A DNA stretch of 64,000 bases from Methanobacteriota archaeon (GTDB taxonomy: Archaea; Thermoplasmatota; Poseidoniia; Poseidoniales; Poseidoniaceae), in contig PBKJ01000027.1 in the NCBI GenBank assembly GCA_002722135.1, positions 75,833-139,832 of the forward strand, read 5' to 3'. Positions 57,949 through 64,000 of the stretch are shown here, piece by piece. How positions within the stretch are numbered: position 1 is the stretch's first letter; every line of letters begins with the position of its first letter. A program made the translations under genes and the position numbers. The notes beneath the pieces were generated by a model. That model was given only the letters and a program-made list of their open reading frames with translations, was not told the origin of the DNA and did no database searches.

Positions 57949-59136
57949 GTGGGTTGGCTTGGCCTGGACGACACCGACCACCTCGGCGGAGGGTGCACGA
58001 CGTGGACGATGCACCAGCTGCTCTCGTCCTTGCCCCCGGAAGTCTCCGTCGCCGGTGATCCGTGCCTCGTTCGGTTGTACCCCATGGCCAAGGGCAGAAC
58101 CCGTGGAAACGCGGCTCTGGCCGTTGAGCTCGACGTTCGTCTCAATCCCTCAGCGTGGAAGAACTGGCTCGAACAGTATTGGGAAGCGCATCTTGCCACC
58201 TTGGCGGGACAGTGGACGCCGTCCACGCATGCTTCGCGAACACAGGTCCCAAGCGATCCAGGTCTGGTGTGGTTTGAATCAAAGCCCTCTCCAGAATTCT
58301 ATAGAAAAGCAGTTACCGGAGAAGTCGCCCTTGACGCCGTACCTGAAGCAACGTGGTCGGCAGGAGGCCTGGGCATCATCGGCGCGACGGCGGCTGTCGC
58401 CTGGCCCTTGGACGTGTCCACATGGGAAGGCATCGCATGGCGGCAAGGCCACGACACACCGCGCCGGTTGGACGAGGGGATCATGGTACGCCTCGATCGC
58501 GACCCACGTTTGGTGGCGTGCCGGGACCCAAGAAAGGGACGCAGTCTGCTGGCACCACGTGGCACGTCGCCGGTCTTGTTTGGCCTAAGAGGCACAGATC
58601 GAAGCGCCGTTGAGCAAGGCGTCAGGGATCTTGTCGAGGCGCAGGGGACAGAGGACGTGGCCGCGGTTTGCATCTTCCAAACCAACCAAGGAAGCGGAGA
58701 CCACTTACCGCCTGCCCTCGAAGCAACCGTGGAAAAAATCCACATCTTGCGCGGAGGACATGTCGCCCTTGAGACCTCTGTGGGCACGTGGCTGGCCTTT
58801 GCACCGTCCGATGAACTACGTCACCTTGCCGCTCAACTGACCGCCGGTGACGTGGTGCGAGGCCTTGGTCTTGTTAGCCAAAGGGAAGGACGGGAGGGGC
58901 TCCACCTCGAGGCCTTGAATCACGTGTCCGGACCAATACGAAACAGATCGCGACCGCTGTGTCCAACCTGTGACGTCCGCATGAAATCCGCAGGCCGAGG
59001 CCAAGGGCTGCGTTGCCCGTCGTGCACCCATCGTGAGCCGGACCGCTGGGTCGGTACGCCGGTGACGCCGAGCGGATGGGTGCAACCACCGCTGGATCGG
59101 CGGCGGCATCTCGCCCCTGACCTCGGCGCGAGATGA
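57949..59136 (+). CDS. tiaS: tRNA(Ile2) 2-agmatinylcytidine synthetase TiaS
   Basis: N-terminal GLDDTDH..GGCTTW (TiaS kinase-domain signature), OB-like middle, C-terminal Zn ribbon CPTCDVRM...CPSCTH; GTG start abutting the upstream stop. Confidence 0.65.
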   Translation: MGWLGLDDTDHLGGGCTTWTMHQLLSSLPPEVSVAGDPCLVRLYPMAKGRTRGNAALAVELDVRLNPSAWKNWLEQYWEAHLATLAGQWTPSTHASRTQVPSDPGLVWFESKPSPEFYRKAVTGEVALDAVPEATWSAGGLGIIGATAAVAWPLDVSTWEGIAWRQGHDTPRRLDEGIMVRLDRDPRLVACRDPRKGRSLLAPRGTSPVLFGLRGTDRSAVEQGVRDLVEAQGTEDVAAVCIFQTNQGSGDHLPPALEATVEKIHILRGGHVALETSVGTWLAFAPSDELRHLAAQLTAGDVVRGLGLVSQREGREGLHLEALNHVSGPIRNRSRPLCPTCDVRMKSAGRGQGLRCPSCTHREPDRWVGTPVTPSGWVQPPLDRRRHLAPDLGAR

Positions 59137-59202
59137 CCAAACGGTCGTGCGCTGGTTCCAATTCACCGGCATCTTCCTAACAGACCATGCACACCTCCGC
59201 AC

Positions 59203-59445
59203 ATGGCCGATGAAACCGGCGTTGACGTCGTGACCGTGCTTGCGGGACTTGTGTTCCTTGGATTGCTCGCCTTCGTGGTGTGGAAGGCCCGACAGAACCG
59301 AGCCGCTGCCTTGGCCAAGACCGGCCCGAAGGTGGCCGGAGAGGACCCGTTGGAAGGCGGGGCTCGACGACCAGAAGCCTTCGATGAACCGACGGAAGAA
59401 GACCTCGAAATGATGGGCGACTTGCTCAATGAGGACGAGGATTAG
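59203..59445 (+). CDS. Small single-TM protein with acidic C-terminal tail
   Basis: 80 aa; TM VVTVLAGLVFLGLLAFVVW then ...EEDLEMMGDLLNEDED. Confidence 0.3.
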   Translation: MADETGVDVVTVLAGLVFLGLLAFVVWKARQNRAAALAKTGPKVAGEDPLEGGARRPEAFDEPTEEDLEMMGDLLNEDED

Positions 59446-60023
59446 GCGAAGTCCAAGCCTTCGTCCACGATGCGTACGCGCTGCGGCTCATCCGGGCCCT
59501 CGAGCAGGCGAACACCGCTTGGCTCCACCGTCAACCGCCACGAGGCAAATCCTGCCTCGATGAGCTGGTCTTCGGATCGCACGCGGAACCCGTCCTCTGC
59601 GTCCATGTCGGTACCAAGTTTCGAGGTCGCCAGCAGGGTGATTTCACCAAGACCCGACGCAAGATTGCTCAGAGCGTCAAAGGAGGCCTTTGGAATTCGG
59701 CCGGTCGCGGGAGCCCAGTCGTCCATGACCACCAAACCCACACCAGGCAGCGACGTCGCGGCTTGCTGGAGCGATTTCGTCACCAAATCCATTCTACCGA
59801 CCAAATTCATGGCGTGAAAACGGGTGGCCACCGTGGGTGGAAGCCCACCAAGGACTTGGGAAAAGCGGGTTGGGTCTGGCATCTCGGGCGCCGCCCAGAG
59901 CACCCGCTCCCCGTCCTCAAGCACATGCTTGGCCATCTGCAAGGCCAGGCTTGTGGCCCCTGCCCCTGCGGCGCCGGCAAGGTGAACCTTGGTTGCCTGG
60001 AACGCGGGGCGCCATGCTGCCAT
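59442..60023 (-). CDS. RecA-superfamily (KaiC/RadB-like) ATPase-fold protein with degenerate P-loop
   Basis: GAAGAGATSLALQMA in place of GxxGxGK(T/S) (no Lys); hhhhDD Walker-B-like VVMDDW; 193 aa. Confidence 0.4.
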   Translation of the reverse strand: MAAWRPAFQATKVHLAGAAGAGATSLALQMAKHVLEDGERVLWAAPEMPDPTRFSQVLGGLPPTVATRFHAMNLVGRMDLVTKSLQQAATSLPGVGLVVMDDWAPATGRIPKASFDALSNLASGLGEITLLATSKLGTDMDAEDGFRVRSEDQLIEAGFASWRLTVEPSGVRLLEGPDEPQRVRIVDEGLDFA

Positions 60024-60100
60024 GTGCCGCGTTGGTTGACGAAGGAGAAAGACGCTTCCGGTGTCGCAACGCTCATGATGTGGCAGCGGGAGACCGGAAC

Positions 60101-60316
60101 ATGGCCGAGGAAACCAAGAAGGCAGAACGCATCCCCCGTCGCCCTGCTCCGGAATTCACAGAGGTCGGCTCCTTTAGCGAGGCCATCAAGACGCACGGCC
60201 TCATCGGTACCGCGGTCAACGACAAGAACCAGTACGGCCCCGTGGGCATGATGGTGTTGCTCTTCATCGTGGCCGCCATCACCTCCCTCGGACTTCTGCT
60301 GATTCGCTCGTCCTGA
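60101..60316 (+). CDS. Small tail-anchored membrane protein (hypothetical)
   Basis: 71 aa from an internal ATG of track ORF 59837..60316; basic N-terminus and C-terminal TM MMVLLFIVAAITSLGLLLI. Confidence 0.3.
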   Translation: MAEETKKAERIPRRPAPEFTEVGSFSEAIKTHGLIGTAVNDKNQYGPVGMMVLLFIVAAITSLGLLLIRSS

Positions 60317-60354
60317 AGCGCAAGGGCTATCCTCCTCTCGACCCAAGTTGGGTC

Positions 60355-60795
60355 ATGGAACAGGGCCATCCACCCGCGACGATGGCTTTTACCGATCGGC
60401 GATGGACGATCATGGCCGCCCTCTTGGGGTCCAACACGGCCGTGATGCTGGTGCATGGGCTTCAGCAGGAGATGAACCCAAGCGTCACACGGGAGTTTGC
60501 CTTGACCCTGATCGCGGTGACGTTGCCGTTCCAGGCGGTGTACTTCATGATCCACACCTACGCGGATTCCTTCGCTCAAAACCTCGCTCCGGCGGAACGG
60601 CGGACGCTGGAGCGCCTGTCCACCGTGTGCCAAATCATCGCCTACGCCTCCCTGCTTGGCTTGGCCATCCTGTGGAGCAACGTCTCTCCATTCGTGGGCG
60701 GTGGATTCCTTGTCGCCTCCTTTTGCGCCCTCCTGATGGTCCGTATGGCCATGCGAGAGGCGCGTTCCTCCTCGGAGGCCGCACGTTCCTCCTGA
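60355..60795 (+). CDS. Hypothetical 4-TM membrane protein
   Basis: 146 aa, hydrophobic helices, no recognised family. Confidence 0.3.
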   Translation: MEQGHPPATMAFTDRRWTIMAALLGSNTAVMLVHGLQQEMNPSVTREFALTLIAVTLPFQAVYFMIHTYADSFAQNLAPAERRTLERLSTVCQIIAYASLLGLAILWSNVSPFVGGGFLVASFCALLMVRMAMREARSSSEAARSS

Positions 60796-60841
60796 ACATC
60801 GGCCTGCGAAGGTTGATGGGGCGGCCACAACGCCGAACGTC

Positions 60842-62191
60842 ATGGCCTTCTGTCCGTTGGATTACCGCTACGGCTGCCAAGACTTCAAGCAAATTTGGTC
60901 GGAAGACGGCCGCCATGAGCGCCAACTCGAAGTCGAGCGTGCGTTGGTTTGGGCTCACCAGCAGATGGGCCGTGTCTCGGCTGAGGACTATGCCGTGATC
61001 GAGAAGATCGCGGTACCGAACGTGGTCACCAAGCAAAGGGTCAGCGAAATCGAGGCAGAAACGCGGCACGACATCATGGCCTTGACCAAGGCCATGGCCG
61101 AAGCCGCGGGCGACGCAGGCTGGTGCGTGCACTTGGGTGCGACCTCCAACGACATCGTTGACACCGCCGTCGGGCTGCAGCTTCGCGACAGCATCGTCCT
61201 TCTGCGAAAGGCCCTGTGCGACCTCATCGCGGTGTGCGCGGACGTCGCCGAACGCGAACGCGACACCGTGATGCTCGGCCGAACGCACGGTCAAGCCGCC
61301 GTCCCCATCACCTTCGGACTGAAAGCCGCCGTCTGGCTGGACGAACTCCGCCGTCACCTCGTCCGTCTCGACGAAGCCAGCCCACGCATCGCGGTCGGGA
61401 AATTCCTCGGTGCCGTGGGCACGGGCGCTGCACAGGGCGAAGGTGCCCGTGAACTCCAGCGGCTCATCCTCGAGCACCTCGGCTTGGGCGTCCCGCTCGC
61501 CACCACCCAAGTCGTCGGGCGCGACCGGTACATCGAGTACGTCCACTGGATGGGCAACACGGCGACGACCTGCCAGAAGGTCTTGACCGAGGTTCGAAAC
61601 CTCCAGCGTTCGGAAATCGCTGAAGCGGGTGAGGGCTTTGACGTCAAGAAGCAGGTGGGTTCCTCGACGATGGCCCACAAGAAGAACCCCATCACGAGTG
61701 AGAATGCAAGCGGGCTCGCCCGCATCGTACGGTCGTTCATCGCGCCAAGCCACGAGAACGCCATCCTTTGGCACGAGCGTGACCTGGCCAATTCCAGCGC
61801 GGAGCGCTTCACGCTCTCGCACGCCTCGGCTTTGTGCGAGGACGTGCTGGCCAAGACGGCCAAGGTCCTGCGCGGCATGTGGGTGGATGCCGCACGTTGC
61901 CTGAAGAACATCGAGGATCAGCGCGGTTTGGTCATGGCCGAGAAGGTGATGATCGAATTGACCGCGCACGGCATCGGCCGTGACGAAGCCCACGAGATCC
62001 TGCGTACCGCCTCCTTCACCGCGGTGGAAACCGGCGAACACCTGATGGACATCTGCATGCGAACCCCTGAGATCACCGCCGTGTTCAGCGTCGAGGACCT
62101 CGAGGCGATGTTCAATCCCGCCAACCACATCGGCGTCTCAGGCGAACTGGTCGACGAAGCCGTCGCGCTGGCGCGCCAAGCCATCGCTTGA
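60842..62191 (+). CDS. purB: Adenylosuccinate lyase
   Basis: YRYG N-terminus, fumarate-lyase signature GSSTMAHKKNP, 449 aa. Confidence 0.85.
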   Translation: MAFCPLDYRYGCQDFKQIWSEDGRHERQLEVERALVWAHQQMGRVSAEDYAVIEKIAVPNVVTKQRVSEIEAETRHDIMALTKAMAEAAGDAGWCVHLGATSNDIVDTAVGLQLRDSIVLLRKALCDLIAVCADVAERERDTVMLGRTHGQAAVPITFGLKAAVWLDELRRHLVRLDEASPRIAVGKFLGAVGTGAAQGEGARELQRLILEHLGLGVPLATTQVVGRDRYIEYVHWMGNTATTCQKVLTEVRNLQRSEIAEAGEGFDVKKQVGSSTMAHKKNPITSENASGLARIVRSFIAPSHENAILWHERDLANSSAERFTLSHASALCEDVLAKTAKVLRGMWVDAARCLKNIEDQRGLVMAEKVMIELTAHGIGRDEAHEILRTASFTAVETGEHLMDICMRTPEITAVFSVEDLEAMFNPANHIGVSGELVDEAVALARQAIA

Positions 62192-62836
62192 TTAGGCCAT
62201 CTCGAGGTGCCCTCGACGGCCTTCCCACACGGGGGTCCAGGTCACGTCCAATCCCTCGGGGAACATCGGTGCTCGGACCACCAGGGTCTCGTACTCACCG
62301 CCTTCGCCGTCAACGTTGAAGCGATGCACCTTGGACAAGGCTTCCAATTCGTCGAGGGCGTCATGGTCCAGGACCCGCCCCAACCATGACGCGTCGAGGC
62401 CCTCGGCTGAAACCGACGTGACCATGACCTCAAATCCGTGCGCAGCCAAACCACGGAGGTGGTCCTCCGGTCGCTGATGCCAAAGCGGCGTCCAGGTGCG
62501 CAACCCCAAGGCTTCACCGAGGCGTTCCAGTCTGTTGCGCTGGTAGTCTGAACGGAGGGCTCCACTCACAAATCCGTCCAACCGGTAAGAGGTGAGCATG
62601 GCTTCGAGGGCCTCGAAATCTGGACCTTCCGTGCCGTCGATCACGCGGTGGTCCCACGGCACGCCGGCGGCCGCTGCCTGCCGTTGCGTCAGCCGCGTGT
62701 TCGGAACCTGGAACATCGGGGAGTCCCCATCCACCACGAGGGTGATGATGACGGACACGTCCCATCCCCTGCACGTGGCCCACCACCACGCTGCAGAGGA
62801 GTCCTTCCCGCCGGAGGAGAGGACGGCGACGCGCAT
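62192..62836 (-). CDS. PP-loop ATP pyrophosphatase of the MJ0570/Dph6 (diphthine-ammonia ligase) family
   Basis: MRVAVLSSGGKDS PP-loop and EGGEYETLV motif; abuts the purB stop. Confidence 0.55.
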   Translation of the reverse strand: MRVAVLSSGGKDSSAAWWWATCRGWDVSVIITLVVDGDSPMFQVPNTRLTQRQAAAAGVPWDHRVIDGTEGPDFEALEAMLTSYRLDGFVSGALRSDYQRNRLERLGEALGLRTWTPLWHQRPEDHLRGLAAHGFEVMVTSVSAEGLDASWLGRVLDHDALDELEALSKVHRFNVDGEGGEYETLVVRAPMFPEGLDVTWTPVWEGRRGHLEMA

Positions 62837-62946
62837 GTTCGTGCGGGGTCGAAGGCCTTCATCAGCCTGACCTTGGGAAAGAGGGTTCAAATGGGGTGGA
62901 CCCGCGCTTTAACCGTAGGCGGCGCGACCGTCTTGGAGGCAACAGC

Positions 62947-63669
62947 ATGCAACCCAGCGGACGAGGTTACGACCACGGCATTACCACCTTCAGCCCAGAC
63001 GGCCGACTGTTCCAAGTCGAATACGCCCGGGAGTCCGTCAAGCGCGGCACCACCACGGCTGGACTGAAGTTCCGCGACGGCGTGGTGCTGGTTTGCGACA
63101 AGCGCATCATCTCACGCCTGATCATCCCCGAGTCCATCGAGAAGGTGTTCAAGGTCGACGAGCACGTCGGTGTGGCGACCTCCGGTCTCGTCGCCGACGC
63201 CCGCCAACTCGTTGGTCGTGCTCGCGTGGAAGCCCAGATCAACCGCATCACGTACGCGGACACCATCCCCGTGGACGTCCTGGTGAAGAAAATCTGCGAC
63301 TTCAAGCAGTCCTTCACCCAATACGGCGGCTCTCGCCCCTTCGGCACCGCCCTGCTCATCGGCGGTGTTGACGACGAAGGCATCCACCTCTACGAGACCG
63401 ACCCCTCGGGCGCCTACCAGAGCTACCACGCTGGTGCCATCGGCAGCGGCCGCAACACCGTGATTGAATTCTTTGAACAGAAGTGGAAGGAAGGGTTGAC
63501 CCTGAACGCCGCGATGAAGTTGGGCCTCGAGGCCTTGCAGCACGCCAACGACAGCAACCTGAATCGGGAAGCCGTCGAGGTCGCGACCATCACGGCAGAC
63601 GGCTACAACGTGCTTGACCGCGCCGCGGTCAACAAGCAGATCGACCGGCTCAAGCCCATCGACGAGTGA
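62947..63669 (+). CDS. psmA: Proteasome alpha subunit
   Basis: MQPSGRGYDHGITTFSPDGRLFQVEYA N-terminus and proteasome alpha core; track ORF begins upstream at 62896. Confidence 0.85.
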   Translation: MQPSGRGYDHGITTFSPDGRLFQVEYARESVKRGTTTAGLKFRDGVVLVCDKRIISRLIIPESIEKVFKVDEHVGVATSGLVADARQLVGRARVEAQINRITYADTIPVDVLVKKICDFKQSFTQYGGSRPFGTALLIGGVDDEGIHLYETDPSGAYQSYHAGAIGSGRNTVIEFFEQKWKEGLTLNAAMKLGLEALQHANDSNLNREAVEVATITADGYNVLDRAAVNKQIDRLKPIDE

Positions 63670-63683
63670 AGCGGTGACCGTGC

Positions 63684-64000
63684 ATGGTCTCCCTCGACGA
63701 CGCGGTTGTCGCGCGCTGGGAGTACGGCGGGAAGCGATACGAGGTGTTGCTTGACCCGGACATGGTTGAGGCTTTTCGAGAAGACCCCACATCGGTCAAC
63801 CTCGACGACTTCATGGCCGTCGAAGACGTCTTCCACGACGCCCGTCAGGGCGAGCGACCCGCGGTGGAAGACCTCGTGTCCACCTTCGGCAGCGAGGACG
63901 TGGCCGAAGCGACACGAACCATCCTGCAGCGAGGCAGCATCCAGTTGACCACCGCTCAACGAAAGGCTCGCGTCGAAGCGATGCGCCAACGCATCCTCCA
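63684..64000 (+). CDS. SBDS/Sdo1 ribosome maturation protein, 3' end truncated by window
   Basis: MVSLDDAVVARWEYGGKRYEVLLDPDMVEAFRE... matches the archaeal SBDS N-terminal (FYSH) domain. Not in the ORF track (no in-window stop); position directly after psmA is the conserved exosome-superoperon order. Confidence 0.75.
   Translation, partial: MVSLDDAVVARWEYGGKRYEVLLDPDMVEAFREDPTSVNLDDFMAVEDVFHDARQGERPAVEDLVSTFGSEDVAEATRTILQRGSIQLTTAQRKARVEAMRQRIL

Noticed and set aside
60101-60316. Small tail-anchored protein as Sec61-beta/SecG
   Set aside because: It lacks the conserved (A)GL(I/V/M)R(Y/F)(F/Y) motif preceding the TM helix. Only the general topology matches.
1-64000. CRISPR arrays, tRNA/rRNA genes, transposases, integrases or prophage genes
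   Set aside because: No direct-repeat/spacer periodicity was seen. No intergenic region is >90 nt apart from the uncertain hutU upstream region. No ORF has transposase/integrase motifs. The only tandem repeats are in-frame coding repeats (TSP3 array, PLPDLAP repeats).

Overview
This is a 64 kb, ~62% GC, very gene-dense archaeal chromosomal segment. The informational genes are unambiguously archaeal: proteasome alpha subunit followed by SBDS (the start of the exosome superoperon), PAN, primase PriS, RFC large subunit, MBF1, Tsr3, TiaS, a Dph6-like ligase, SRP54, Get3/ArsA, and archaeal-type MetRS, ProRS and GlyRS. Proteins are only moderately acidic and intergenic spacers are almost absent, so the lineage is not obviously a classical extreme haloarchaeon. 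Halobacteria and a streamlined marine euryarchaeon (Poseidoniales-like) are both conceivable, but I cannot decide between them from the sequence.

Metabolic content:
- Partial histidine-utilisation route: urocanase (truncated at the left edge) plus a split FtcD, i.e. glutamate formimidoyltransferase and cyclodeaminase.
- Fdh-alpha-like molybdopterin oxidoreductase with FdhD.
- A futalosine-pathway menaquinone cluster (mqnD, mqnA, mqnC/E).
- Non-oxidative pentose-phosphate genes: split transketolase plus transaldolase/Fsa.
- Other functions: P-type ATPase, OPT transporter, TrkAH, ferredoxin, purB.

The most unusual content is a pair of large secreted multidomain surface proteins. One is an SGNH/GDSL hydrolase carrying about 10 thrombospondin-type-3-like Ca-binding repeats. 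The other has a C-type-lectin-like domain, a LamG domain, PPC domains, an EF-hand-like region and TSP3-like repeats. Both end in the same unusual module: TSP3-like stalk, transmembrane helix, Arg cluster, then a Pro/Glu-rich tail containing a DPW(A/S)E...GDE motif. The lectin protein is convergent with an archaeosortase-family gene.

Other notable items are an unusually long Lhr helicase (1762 aa) behind a canonical TATA box, and a priS operon containing a Pro/Ala-rich repeat protein with an internally duplicated C-terminal module, an RDD-type membrane protein and an alpha/beta hydrolase.

I found no rRNA, tRNA, CRISPR or mobile-element genes. Many long ORFs in the supplied track are GC-rich antisense shadows of real genes.

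Method caveat: ORFs truncated at the window edges (hutU, sbds) are absent from the ORF track and were recovered by manual translation. The track also uses GTG/TTG starts. Coordinates derived from reading the printed sequence may be off by 1-2 nt.
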